A DNA stretch of 63,000 nucleotides, the filler included, from Choristocarpus tenellus KU-1152 (lineage: Eukaryota > Protista > Phaeophyceae): assembly GCA_964200185.2 (NCBI GenBank). It is 9 parts of 9 records of this genome, joined end to end, with 100 filler letters (N's around TTAATTAATTAA, not from the genome) between each part and the next. Parts side by side here need not be neighbours in the genome. Positions count along the whole stretch, not along the records: positions 32,913 to 43,000 come from CAXNAD020003157.1; positions 43,101 to 56,847 come from CAXNAD020001381.1; 7 more parts are not named here. One strand, written 5' to 3'. Both the position numbers and the translations under genes were made by a program. Shown in pieces: positions 41,165 to 54,980 of this stretch; the first letter of the stretch is position 1; each line of letters begins with the position of its first letter. Below the pieces are notes generated by a model that was not told the DNA's origin, did no database searches, and was given only the letters and a program-made list of their open reading frames with translations.

Positions 41165-43100
41165 ACTTCAGCAGTGTTCCGTTACACTTTTGCAATACTA
41201 ATAACTAGAACTCCAACTCCCACTCTGACTTCATGGCAGCCATATAAATACTATGTACTTGTTACTACTTGTGGTGAATTGAGCAGTTAAATGAGTTCAG
41301 TTTCCTACGCTAGAGCAACAAATCCCGATAGACGTAAAACACAGGAAAGTTATACCCTGAGTCATCCGTGCAACATACAATCTTTGCATATTCAGATAAA
41401 GTAGTACAGTGAGTTTAAGTTTAATCAAACAGAAAATTTGGACCTATCGAGGTAACATGTGAGTTCGAATGAACATTGGCCAATTGAAAATTGGCTCAAG
41501 ATATTGGTTTCGATCTATATCTATACAATTCACGGCTCTAAATATTCCCATTTTGCATGAACTGTTTGCATGTAACATGCTACAAAGTGATGCAGCAACA
41601 AAAAAAAGGGTGAAACATTGACCTTCAAGTACGCACAGCCACAATATAACAGAAGCTGACCTCAATTATGTGTAATCCTGTGGCAATCAATTATATTCCA
41701 CCCTTTATACTTGAGCAACCTGTAAGGCAGGATATGCACTCTCTCCTCTTGACAAAACAACACCAGGCACCTCTACATTAGTGTACCTACCTCAAAGTAG
41801 ATACCTCTACATAGATGAATCCACCAAAGAGAAAAAACAGTGTGGACATGCAGAACCAGTACATTTATAGCGTGTGAAGAACGAATATGGTGTACTTTTT
41901 TATTTTACAACAAACTTAGTGTGTAGTTGCACAGGCCACGTTTTCTTACCACTCCTTCTAGGATGTGACGTGTACTCTATGCGAACAAGTAAAACTCCTT
42001 GCAAGATGATGCACAGACTTTAAGGGGTCCCACCATAACAATGATCCAAAATCTGTACCCATTTCACACATAGTGAGAATCTTTTACTTCTCTTCCATCA
42101 CCTAATTGATAAAACAAAAAATCTTTCCCAAACCACCGCTCGAGCTAATGATTCCACTTGAAACACTGTACCAGCTTCATGAGAAGGGAGGCCTTCAACA
42201 AAATAAGGGAAGAGCACAAAATGAAGAACGTAAGTTCACGTATGCACACACACATAAAATGTTTCTTGACAAAAAAAACAGCAGAAGGCAGATATTTCAT
42301 TCCTTCATCCTTCATAACCAAAGGATTGCTCTTTTCCCCCTGTCTCAATCAATCATGCATAACCAACACCGATCAATACCTGACTACATCTGATGCCCAA
42401 GTAATAGTCAGGGTTGACTCTCTTTACACTACAAGAAAATTCAAGCACACCTACTGGCAAGTCCACAACCGCACATAAAGCTTGGTGTAACTTTTCTATG
42501 AAATTGGAAACAGAATAGTTGCACCAGAATATAAAAATGTTGACATCCTACTGCCTGTATGCCAAATAATTTTTCAAGAGTATCATCAACCAGGTTTTTT
42601 TTCTTGAAAATCTCGATCATCAACCCTCCATATAACACTTGCCCATATCCCACAGCTAACTAACCCTCACAAAAACCATCCCTGTGTCTGTTCGAGGGTA
42701 GAAACATAATGCAAGACGGGTCATTTGTATACAGTAACTTAACCCACCACCATACTTGTTTACACAGAGTAAGACATCAACAGGAGATTCAAGTTGCTCT
42801 GGACTACTATAGCTGAACACTGAAAATGCATTCCTTACGAGTTGAGGGCACCGCATTGGTGAATGTGAAGAGTGGAGACATAGCCCCAGATCAAAGCGAG
42901 AGGCACTTGGGGGCACAAAGTTCAAAAGAGGCAACAAGGGTCTGACTGACGTGTCCTATGTCATTCAAAATCCTCAGCTCTTTTCTAGCGGTATCGGGAG
43001 NNNNNNNNNNNNNNNNNNNNNNNNNNNNNNNNNNNNNNNNNNNNTTAATTAATTAANNNNNNNNNNNNNNNNNNNNNNNNNNNNNNNNNNNNNNNNNNNN

Positions 43101-43193
43101 CAACACGTGCACCCAAACCACACCAAAAAAGATGAAAATCGAAAAAAGGGTAAAAAACGGATGCCGCCACCCCCCCCCCAGATACTTTGACCC
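43101..43193. mobile_element. MITE family C, 3' part (contig start)
   Basis: CACACCAAAAAAG..GAAAAAAGGGT..ACGGATGCCG-polyC-AGATACTTTGACCC matches the right half of the 40983 copy. Confidence 0.88.
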
Positions 43194-43448
43194 GGTGGTA
43201 GAAGTAAAGGGTTAATCATTTCATGAAAACGTAACATGATGTAATGAACAGCCTCCTTTAGCACCTAAGTGCTAATGTGCTCAGAGTTAGGATCTCTTCA
43301 CCACCCCATGTGTCCACTCATGCGAACGAGGAGAGTTGAGAAATGAAATTAATTGCATTATTCATTTATCCAAATTCACCAACATATATAATCTATTTGT
43401 ATAGATTGATAAACCTGGTAAACACGAGATTCCAAGTCAGAGCTGGTC

Positions 43449-44738
43449 GTGAACAAGAGCGCCTGGCTCAACAACTGGAGGAATCAAGAGACACAAAAGA
43501 TCAGGTTCATGAGCATGAGCCAGTGGAGTACGTGGAATCCTCAACAAACCATGACTCTGACTCCTCTAGTCACTTGTCCTCATCGCCCAAAAACGTAACA
43601 ATTGCCGATCGTAGATAAGGTTCCTTCGCTTCTTCCCCCACAGATCATGATGTTCCTACAGGAACCATGTCATCGACCTTAGAGCATCGTGTTATGGCAA
43701 CCGTGGTGTCAGGTTTTCCCGAATCTGCTGAAGATGAATCGTAGGGAGTAATGCGTCCTCGATCAGGGTTATTTTCAGTTGCCCAACGAGTAAAGTTGTT
43801 GTATAAACCGAATCTGATGGTGGTTATGTTCAATGAACCTCTAAGTAACAATTCATCGCTTTGGTGCAACGTAGGTATATTTGTCCAGACTCAGTCTATT
43901 CCTGTTTCAAGTATGTTAGTCTACAGTTTAAAGCACTTACAGCATGGGCAGAGGTGAATGCGTTGATCAAGGCCTTCTGTACATCATCTTAATTCTTTGG
44001 AGGTGTAATGGGCACAGCCAACACCTGAAAGTATTATGTTTCGGTAAAAAATCTGCACAGCGTGCATCAAACGTTTCAACCGGACTGACTAGAATGCAGA
44101 GTGATTGCCACATGCAATTAAGAGAACAGAGGCGGCGAATACTCTTCTCCAGAACCTGTGATCATCAGACCAGTCGGTATTTCCCAAGTGAAAAATCTAA
44201 AAAGACCCCCTTCTGCCATTGGTTGCGGGCGCGAGACATCACAGCTCTGTTCAACAAGTCTTACATGATGGACGCCAATTCCCCAAACTTAAATTTCAAC
44301 CGATCCTGAAGCCATTCAGGAGGCACAGTGTCTGTTCTCACACACTCGTTCACGTGGTGCGCAATGAACTCTAAAGCAGCATCTGAAAACTGAGCCTGCG
44401 GAATGTCCACATCACAAGTAGTGCAACTTGGAGGCGGGCCGGGATTGTCCTAAAAAGGACCCGACGAGTGTCATGGTCGCCCGAGCTGACACGATGCTCA
44501 AAGGTCGACGACAAGGTTCCGGTATGAACATGACATTATGTGGGGGAAGAAGGTAAGGAATCTCATCTACGTTCGGCAATTTTTACATGTTTAGACGACG
44601 AGGACGAGCGACTGGACGAATCGGAATCACAGTTTGTTGAGGATCCCATGCCATGTCCTCTACTGACTCGTGCTCATGAGTCTGATCATCTGCGTCTCTT
44701 GATTCCTCCAGTTGTTGAGCGAAGTGCTTTTGTTCAGG
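43449..44738. repeat. Diverged ~200-bp inverted repeat pair (43449-43641 and 44539-44738)
   Basis: GCTCAACAACTGGAGGAATCAAGAGAC...TTCTTCCCCCACA on the + strand and its reverse complement ~0.9 kb downstream. Both encode AQQLEESRD in opposite directions. Confidence 0.85.
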
Positions 44739-47700
44739 ACATTTTCGTCTCGATCTTGCATTCGGCATCTATAGTCAGTGATCAAATAATAATTACCCGT
44801 CACCCTATCTCTGAGCTCATCTGTGTTGCCAATGTGAATCGCGTGATTCTCTGGCAGCATGGTTCACTCAGGTAATAGTGACAAATAGAATCACAGGGCA
44901 AGACAGACCAGACGAACCAAGACAAACCGCAACCAAGAACGACGAGGTTAAGGTTGGAAAAGTGCAAGACACCTTGTACAAAAACTGTAAGGATAGACAG
45001 ACTGAGGATGTAGTGAGAGAGGATCAGAAAACGTCAAGGCATGAGAACGAGTGAATGCTTGATGTTTCACAACTCTCAAACAAGAACATTTCCATATTTG
45101 TGCAACTATACTCTTGAAGGGATTCCATGGATTCATTCTTACGGAGGATTCGCCATTGGAATCGTGGATGCTTGACAAAGAACCTCAATCAATGTAAGAC
45201 TAAAACACCTACACTAATAACAGTATAAAATACATTCTTTTGACATGTAGGAACATAAATTGTTGCAAATTACATAAATACTATTACATATACTAGTAGT
45301 TCTATCTACTATATAAAATAGAAGTATCCTACTATCGAAAATATTTTTATTGTGCCCTCTGACATTTTACAGATGTTTCAGTGACGAAATATAATCCTAT
45401 CATAAATAATACTACTTCTAACGTAATAATAGTACCAATATATAGCATACCTAAAAAATGGTGTTGACATCACGTAAGAACCCAGCAATCTCATCAACGC
45501 TCGAAACTAGTCTGAAGTATACAAAATCCAACCAAAAAGGGAGTAATTCTACCCCAAAAAGTCGTTACTCCTCTTACTACGTTCAACACCACTACTACTG
45601 TGGGCAAATATTACTTCTTCTGGTGATTGCCGATGCACCCTACGATATCTCATCGTAAAAGAGATATGCAATCTATACTGCCCTTCACATTCACAGATAG
45701 TCGTACCTCTCGTAAGTTCTGATTTGTGTGTCCTTCAGAAATTTCAAATACCTACACTTCATTGTTGCGAACGACAGCGCTGGTCGAGACTGAGAGATGA
45801 GTTCAACCGATACATACACATGGGTGAGGGGGTCAGTGATGTATGTCGTTGCCCCACTTATGATTGTACCTGAGTATCATATTAATTTGCAAAGAAATAA
45901 CATCAAGAATGCTTCTCGTTTCGGAGCCCTTCACTACTTGTGTGTCATATCCTCACTCAGCCTTGAAAGGCCGCACAACAGTAGGTGGACGATGACCTCT
46001 GCGCACCCTTTCCACTACAGTGACTACCTGCCAAAACTCCCCCCCACCCTGCACCATCGTACAGCTTACCCCACTTACCATCCTTGTCTCCAGTTGTCCT
46101 CGTACGCAACAGATTGTGTAACACTTGATCACAACACCTCGATATCCTTGACTTGGAAAGGGTTCCAACCACATGACGACTCATGTCTGAGAAACGGGTA
46201 CCCCATGCTTTGGCATGATGGTTCAGGTTGCTCTCATGCTCGCTCGTCGGATAGTATGGGCGGCATCCATTCAAAAAGCTTCAGGGAAGACAGGAAGCTG
46301 GAGAACACAGTATCGGCAAGCCAGGTTTGGACGGTCGCATATGCAAGCGTATCAAGGAGCAGAATCGACGCTGTTGCATGACCAAGGGAAGTCTCACTCT
46401 GGTAAGTAACCAGCCCCAACAAAGTACGCATTGTCACACTTTAGAGAACACCTCCTGGCCTTCCTTTAGGTAACAATACCACTTTCCAAAAAAATTAGAT
46501 GCCTTCCCAGGTGGTGAAGCCGTTACGTTATGTATTTATTAACCTCAACCTGCTCACAAAGAGCAACAAGGGTACGCCTCAGGGGCAAGCACAATCGAAT
46601 TGGACCTAACTATACCCATCGCACTCAGCTTGCAGTACGGAGTATATGATATTGTTTGCTGCTGTGGATCCACCAGCAGGTGAACAATTTTTTGTCGATA
46701 GGTCTTCAACAAAGAAAGTATCAACATGACGAGTAATTGGACCGGATATGTTAGGCAATTCTACCTTTACCGCTAGCTTTTAAGGGCATAGAAATGCCAT
46801 TCGAGCTGTTGTTGTAACCTATTGTCGATATTCATACCGAGGAAAAATAAACTTTACTGTGGGGGACTTATGAGCAACCGTGTTAAGGTTCACGTTGTTG
46901 CACCCCCCCATAACCCCCAAGACAGTGTGGATTGATGATCGACTGCCCTTAGACAGGTAACCTACAGAAATTTTGATCATTACTCCACCATCACTAATAA
47001 TAAGGATGGCTTGAAATCGTATTCCTAGGCATTTCATTCGCCGGTTGGTAAAATTTTATCCGACATCGTAGATTTTTTTTATCTCCAGGGACAGGATGTG
47101 ATACTTGCCTCGCCCAAAACTTGCCGTCCTTGTGTCGCTGCCTTAAAATCCTAAACAGTCAACGGCATTTACCATCTCTAACGGCCGAACGTTGAACCCC
47201 TGTGTAAAAAGGGACTGCATGAGCTGTGAGAGTTGTCTCGGTCGAACTAAGTAGTCAATCGTTGTACCGTCATTTATGGGTGTGGGGAGTTGGTTGCAGG
47301 AACAGTGATTTGGGACTAATACAAGCAGATGTACTTACATGAGGATGTGAAGATAGTTGGAGCCTGTCTCCATGCCAAGCTCGGAAACAGGCAGGGGAGG
47401 TATTAAGATTTGTGAGAATTGGGTAGGAAATGCCCTTCCTGCCATCTTCCTTCTCCAGGTTTGATATATTTTAATGATAGGATTGGAATACAACACCATA
47501 GAGGCAGGATACTATGTTGGCAAATAATAGGCACGAAACTGGTTGTTGTCATGAACCCTCTTTGGTGACTAATCACCCAGTATAGCAGTTCCACTGCAAC
47601 CATCCTACCACAAATATTTGCAATTTCACTGCCCTCTGACATAATTTTGGTCTGAGCGCCTCACACTGTATCGTAATAACTTGTTTACTGTGTCTTGTTC

Positions 47701-48931
47701 TGTTCAAGGTTCGACTTAGAAGGGAGTCATGGGCTCATGGATGATGTGCTTGTTATCCCTGGTTTGGTTTGGCCTGGTGGGGTACACTGCAGGGTTGACT
47801 GGTGTGAATGCTCCCTTCACACCTGACAGCAGGTCAGCACACATCAAATTTGATTGTATCATTCTTGATAACGTTTTTTTTGTGGCTAGGATCTAGGTGG
47901 ACACGATGAAAGAAGTGGATGGCAGAAAACTTTCCAGATGAGCAAATGTTATGCCTCATATAGTTCTAGCCGTAATGCAAGGCACAAACAGTGTGTTGTT
48001 CTGACAAGGCTGTTAGAAAAACAAATCTTGCTACACCTTATCTCTACAAACAAATGTAGTCTTTCGGCGAGTGCTGAATCTTTGGAGTGAATCATGATTA
48101 CCAGGCTGAACATGTGCCAGTGCCTTCAATAGATTTGTAGGAAGTTCCAGAAAGTATGAGCTGGCTGATTGTACTATGTCCCCACTAATTTGTGAGAATT
48201 CTCTTGGAGGTCAACAAGAGTCAGAACACACTGTTTCTGTTCTATTCACCCTGGTTAGTGAACCTCCCTCCTCAAAGTGACATTCCATTTTGGAATTTGG
48301 ACCCCCAACCATAATGGATTGTACAGAACGTTATTTCATTTAGAAGGGGAAAGCGATGTTTAAGGGTGGTTTGTTTTACTGAAGACATACCCTGTACTGC
48401 TACAGAGTGCAATTGCCATTGTTCAGGGAGTAGTTGAAGGGGTATACCCTGCTGACCCATTGCTTTTGACTGTTCAAAATGTCCATGAACTGACTTGACC
48501 CACGGCCATGGCCCTGACTACGGCCATGCTAACTGCCCAGACTGACGAAAATATCTCATATTTTCTCAAGTGTTGTATTGCTTTCCTCTGGTCACCTTTT
48601 GAACACGGGTTTGGGACCACTGAGAATAATGTGAAGAATCATCCCCTTTCATCATTGAACCCCAAACATGGTTTGAGTATTGGCTCTCCTCAATTCCCCA
48701 GCATCTCCTGCTTTGAAGATGAGCTGATACACTTGGGTATAGGAGAGGGGTTCTTGGTCAAACCCTTCAACTTTGGGAAATACATTGAGGACCCAGGAGA
48801 CATGTACCAAGAGGAGCAACTCTGCTTGGCTGAGTTGGTGAGTTACGTAATATTTTTCAACTGTATTGATTGGCGTGTCATATCATTTCTAGAGGCTCAA
48901 GTTGCATACTATTCGGTTCTTTTTTTGGTTA

Positions 48932-49191
48932 GAGTGAAAGTATCTTAGAGGGTACGATTTTCCCCCTGTTTGTCCATTTGGGGCTTGGCTACCTATGGTC
49001 TCTTTTTATGACATTTTCCTAGTTGAAAAGGTTTCGGAGTAGGTAAAATGTATACGTTATGAAAAGGTGTGTCCGGAACAAGGATATTGACACTTCCTAG
49101 CAAACATTATAGCCAGAGTTACATCAAAATCGCAACATTGGATGTTGAACCCCAAATGGACGCGGCTCTACCCTCTAAGATACTTTGGCTC
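48932..49191 (-). mobile_element. MITE family A (inverted), TSD GTTA
   Basis: GAGTGAAAGTATCTTAGAGGGTA...TACCCTCTAAGATACTTTGGCTC, flanked by GTTA on both sides. Confidence 0.95.
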
Positions 49192-49494
49192 GTTATGGTT
49201 CAGCACCTTCACAACCCACCCTTTGGAGTCAGTCTTACGCCAGCACTGATTAGGGTGATGCTCAGACGAGAGAAGTCTTTTTTTAATGTTAGTTGTTTCC
49301 TCCAGTCTGGGCCATGATTTTGAGGCTACAATTCTGCCAAGCATGATATGTAATATTTTTTTCATGACAGTAGATACTGTTGATGGCTGGTGTCAAAGTG
49401 ATTAATGTAAGGGCTAATTCAGAATATTTTAAGTGTTGGGCAGTGTTTTGGACAAGGCCACCACACAACTAAAGCAACCTTGAAAAAATAACTT

Positions 49495-49678
49495 GCCTCG
49501 AGGTATCTGGGAGGGTGTGGCGGCTGTCCATTTGAGGTCAATTTTTGTATGTTGCGATTTTTGGGTGATTCGGTTGCATTCATCGGATCGATAATGTAAA
49601 TGCACTTTTCCTGATTTTGTCCAAATGGACACCCTGGTATAGACCCCCCCCCCCCTCCCCCCCCAGATACTTTGAGTC
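49495..49678. mobile_element. MITE family B
   Basis: GCCTCGAGGTATCTGGG...CCCAGATACTTTGAGTC. Flanks are ACTT/GCTT. Confidence 0.88.
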
Positions 49679-51137
49679 GCTTCAGAACCAACATGGAATA
49701 TAGAGGTTTTACAAAATTTTACAAAAGCATGGCCAATCACATGGAACTCCGTGCTAACACAGAGAATGTGGAACAGCAGGGGAGTGAAAAAATGTCAATG
49801 GCCTTTTTCCATTGATGCGTGTTCAGGTTCTAGGGTCATTGTTGAGTGGCAATGGGAGGCGTTTGCTATTGCATTGATGGTTAACTCTGGGTGTGGATAA
49901 CTCATGTAGCCAGTGAACATATTCTGTGTCTTCTGGTAATGTTGAAATTTATAAGAAGGGTACCTCATGTCTTGGAGCAACCAGCTCCCCCCCTACCCCC
50001 GGCCCTCCCCAACCTTACCCTGCACGTCTTACAGAATTCGGTACATAAGCTCTGCCGAATGTGAAGAGGCCCAAGTGATTGCTAAGATATATGTGGGAAG
50101 ATGGAAGGCCTTGCCATGTAAGGCATACTATACCTGCCCTGCCCCCACTCATCTGGGATATTTTTGGGATGAGAAGATAAACAGTGCCTTTTGGGTACTC
50201 TTGCGTACTTTCTCATCTCAGGGATATCCCAGACAAGTGTGTGTGGGGTATGTATAGTATATCTTCCATGGCAAGGCTTTATAGTGTTCTGTAGACACTT
50301 CTGCTGTCTGGCAGGCTTGTTTTAATTTTTCCTTAGTGATGTCTTGGCCTTGAACAAGAGTATGCTGGACAACTGTGCAAAGGTGCTCTAGCCCAATGGT
50401 AGTTTATTTAAGTGCAGTGGTTAGTTCACCTATCCCTATCCTGCAGCTGTACTCTAGTTTGTCTAACTGTACATAAAAATTTACAATAGCTGCAAATGTA
50501 CTGGTGACATCACATCAATAGAGTGTTGAGGGGCTACCGTTGTTGTTTCCATTTGAAATGACGTTTGAAGCGCCCTGGAAATTCTGTAGGAAATGCAATG
50601 ATTTGGGCAAGTGGTTATCATTTTGTTGAAGCATCAACCTTTCCAACCACATATATGTGTATATTTTAATAAATATCTTAACCTACCTTCTCTGATGTAC
50701 TGCGTATCAACACGTGAGGAAAGGTGTTACTGAATGACTTCCCAGTAGCCATAGAGCCACTACTTGTTACACGATTTATTTAGCGGTAATAGTTGAGCAA
50801 GATGATGTCCATCACGTCAGCCTATTACATACTGTATATATATATATATATGTATGTGTTGTGGGTGAACATAGATACCGCATCATATTTTTTTTGCCCA
50901 GGTCGACGTTCTCCTCTGTTACCTATGAGGTAGGCCAATATGTAAACACAAGTCTACCGAGGGAGGCATTGGCCATGTGCTCCTATTTACGCTTTTACAA
51001 CTACAGCACTACACTCCATTTTTGGACTTGCTTGAGATAGCATCCTCTTGATGTAACAGCTCTATTATTCCGTTGGCTGCCCTCACCCTTCCATACAATA
51101 TTACTCAAATCCCCAACCATGATCTCGCTTTGAAAAG

Positions 51138-51620
51138 ATGAACACTGCTGAGGACGAGAAAGTGATGCTGGAGATGACTGGAGATGTATTGGTGGAGAAG
51201 GATGTCTGCACTTCAGCGGAGGCACGACTACACAAGGAGAGGAAAGGTCGTATTCTGGCTGAGGAGAGGGCTCGAGAGGAGAACGTTAATCGCATTTGGA
51301 CGGAAAAGAAGGTCCAGGAGGAGAGAGAGCACAGAGTTTGGGCGGAAAGGAGGGCCCAGAGGGAGAAAGAGCTCCGTGTTTTGACGGAGACTAAAGCGCA
51401 GGATGAATTGGCTGCTCGATTGGTGGCAGAAGTGAGACTAGAGCAAGAGAAGAATGCTCGTATTTCAGCAGAGGAGAGATTCCGTGAGGAGAGAGATGAG
51501 CGCCTCTGGTTGGAGTCTATGCATTGGGAGAACTATGTATACCTCGAGACTTGGGCGGAAGGTATCGTGGAGAATGAGAAGAAGAAGCGTCATTCAGCGG
51601 AGACACGTGCTGAGGAGGAG
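51138..51620 (+). CDS. Charged coiled-coil exon with 14-aa repeats
   Basis: E/R-rich ORF with AExRxxxExxxRxx periodicity and a plausible donor GAG|GTGAGA at 51620. Confidence 0.65.
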
Positions 51621-54600
51621 GTGAGACATTGGTGTTCATGTACAGGACTGCAGTTACTTTCAGGTCTTTCCTAACTAAGCACTCGAGGCATGCAACAGGA
51701 CCTGCAAATACGGTCGGAGTAGAGGCTGATATAGCCAGTAAATGCCAGTCTGTTGTTCCTGGGTTGTGTGCCTGTGGTCCCAATTGTCTTGGTTCTTACT
51801 GTTTCTTGTTCCTCCCACCCCTAAAGCCTTCATTACCAGGACGAATGCTTTGTTAGGGATTCACTACCGTCACATGATGGGACCCTGATGATGTGAAAGC
51901 TTATTGGAAGGTGCTCTCTCCGGTGTAGATGGTTGCAATTCATACGTGCAAAGAACAAGAATATGTTGCTTAGATCATTACTGTGCAGATGAAGTTGTGT
52001 GTGTGGAGTATTTCCGTCTCAAGTGCCTACAATTATCTTTTGGAATGAAAACGGCACTTAGTAGAAATTGATACTGTTCTGTACTATGCATGATTTGATA
52101 TCTGTATATGGTATCCGTTATAATCCAAAGTGCCACACTGTCAATTGTGGATTTCAATATAGTTGAACCATGATACATATTTCCTGTAGAGCTAAAACAA
52201 ATATTGATGAACTTCAAATCTATTAGATTTCTGGCAAGGATATTATTATTGTGATACTGAATCATCATATTTGATATCTCAATATTTGTAGTCCGTGTTA
52301 CTAATGAAAGGGGTATATAACATCAACCAACACTCGGGCATTGTTTACTGAGTGCATTGGACCACTTGGAAGTTGAGTAGATCAATGTACCCGACATGTG
52401 TTGTATTGTTCAACCCAGCATGACAGCTAACTGCCTATGGGAGGTAAACAAAAGATGCCCTGGAGGCAACAGGTTAAATCGAGGTTCTTGATATGGGAGA
52501 GGCGGTCCATGATCTAGAAAGGTTGAATTGGATTGCACCTTCTGAAAAGAGATGTTCCGAGTAGAAATGCCTACTGTTAGGATCTTGCCCGTTGCTCTGT
52601 GTCCACTTTTGGTGTACAGGAAGATTTTGCTCTGTTAATACTAATTCATTCAGGTATAATTTTATCGTTTTCTGCAGCAGTTGGAGTACATCTTGGAAGC
52701 TCTTGTCACTACAGTGCAGTAATATTTTTGTCATAGAATAGTAACATTAGGCTGCAGCTCTAAATATAGCATAGGACAGATGTGATACCTGTTTGATTGC
52801 CACCTTTGAAAAATTGTTACTGACTGGTATACACTACCGAGTCATGAATGGAGCGTATGCCCCACCCCTGATGTTTCCCTTCAACTTGATGCCTTGCTTC
52901 CCACACTGGGTGTCTGCCATGCTTCGACTGCCCAACACGTGTTTGCCCCTTACCAACCCTATAGCAGGTATCCCATCCCCTGCCAAGGTTTGCAAATGGT
53001 TTTGTCTCTTGCAACAGTCAAATTCTCTTTTTTTTATCGTTTTCAAATATAATATTCATCCCCCCAAATACACAGATTCTCAATTCTTTTGAATGCATCT
53101 CTTTCTTCCAGTGTACAAGCAGAGATTATTCAGCAGATCACAGGCTGGGTACGCTGCAAGTATTCAGTCCTAGAAACACCACTACCTATCATATGCAGTA
53201 CGGATAATATGTCTTCCACAATATTGCCATCTTGAAACTGTCCATTTGTAGAAATTATATAGTGACAACTGCCTCTTACAAGGTCTGCTGCAGACTGCAC
53301 ACCATGACAAATGTGCCACAACCCGCTTGGGAATCGTGTGTTTACAGTGGAGTCATAGTTCACTCATACGTGTGTCTTACATCCTTACAATGTCATTGCT
53401 AAAATTGATTAATGCAACATTTCTGTCCTGAAAATGTTTGTTAAATCCACAGGTGTGGGAACTCATTAAGGCAGTGCTCACGCTGCTCTTTCTTTACAAT
53501 TTTCTAAGTCCATCAGTGATCGCCTACATCCCTATGTACATTCCAAAGGATATAATTCCATACATTGAGGTAAAACAAACAAGGCAGTCTTGTTGTTTGG
53601 TTTGGTGTTCCCAGATGCTATTCCAGCTTGTCCTTCTATAGTAGACTTACAGTTTGCGTGTCCCTCTATCAGTAGTTCCTGTCCGTGCACAGAGATGACT
53701 CAGGAATGGTTTGTCTTTTCCTGTGGTCGTTGCTCGGAATATTTCCCTCCAGGCTCTTAAAGTATTTAGAAGAATTGACCTGGAACAGCAATTTTACTTT
53801 ACTTTACTCTAGGTATGTTTAGAGTGTGTATCTTGAGCTAGATGATTGCAGGTTTGCATACTGAATCACTTCAATACACTTTGTATCTGCCATAATGTGG
53901 TGCCTACTCCTTCCCCTGCGTGTTGCTATGTTGATTATAAGGATACAGGCCTGATTTGTGATTTGACTCTGAATCAAATGGGTGTCGAAGGACAGAAAAT
54001 CGTCCTTGAGCTCCTTCTTGCTGACGAGCACTCTCACTACTATGCCGTCAATCGGGGGTCGATACCCCCCATCCTCCCCAAACAAAACCATTCTTTATAT
54101 ACTACCATAAAGAAATAGCAAACGAATTCCCCTGTAAATAACTGACATCTGTCGAAACACTACATCTAGCCTTCAGCTGTCTATTTCAGGTCAGGCTTGA
54201 AGAAGTTATGCATGCTCACTACTTGTTCCCAAATGGACTGAATGTTAGAGAACCCAATGTATGTATAGTCTGTATACACTTGTTCTTAAGCTTGCAACAT
54301 GGATGAAATGAACTTCTTGCAATACCTCTCTTGCTGCATCAAAGGAGGTGCACCAGGGCTCTCATATTGTGACAACCAAACAAACTCAACAGGTAATAGA
54401 AGGATTTCAATTTAGTTTGAGGTGACTGACCCCTTTCAAAATTATCTTACTGTAGCCTTTTCAGATTGGTTAATTGGATGCATAGCATATGCTTAGGGTC
54501 AAACTGAAGAGGTTGAACCATCTCCAATCATATCTGTAGTATATTTCCCTCTATGCTCGTATCAGTAGAGTTCTATCCCTTGTCCACCATTGATGCAGTA

Positions 54601-54980
54601 TATTTCTACTGCACAAGCTTTTCCTGACTATTTTCCCCCTCCCTTGTTGGTGGCATATCTTACAATAATCAGTTGTTGATTCAATCCTGGCGTCTTCTTC
54701 ACAACTATTGTTCTACAGCTGCTGCAAAGCTTGCCGCACAAGCTGTCTACTCTTACAGTAACTTTTGGTTTTCCATTGGTATGTTGGCGCATTTGACCGG
54801 TGAGTGTTGTGAGAAGATAGAATATGAAATGAACTTGTGTAATCACTCGTGTCCACAGCCTACATGCTCCTTCCATTGATCAACCAGGACACCAGCGCAC
54901 AACTTCTCTCAAACCCATAGTCATCCCCTTGTATTACTTGTCACTACTTATCATCATGCCTGTTCACCCTCTGCCTTATC

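Noticed and set aside
39860-48900. Possible LINE RT and Copia gag remnants (IFGDD at ~40060, TKIM/TSFV at ~47550, GHGRG at ~48510)
   Set aside because: They are too degenerate to support by eye and need TBLASTN or RepeatMasker.
49069-49317. Similar short ORFs (M..TRILTLP.KH.SQ) at 19571, 49069 and 61567 as a gene family
   Set aside because: They are translations of non-coding MITE A copies.
52400-52780. Possible hAT dimerisation-domain remnant (SAAV...RLQL)
   Set aside because: Only a few residues match and there are many stops.
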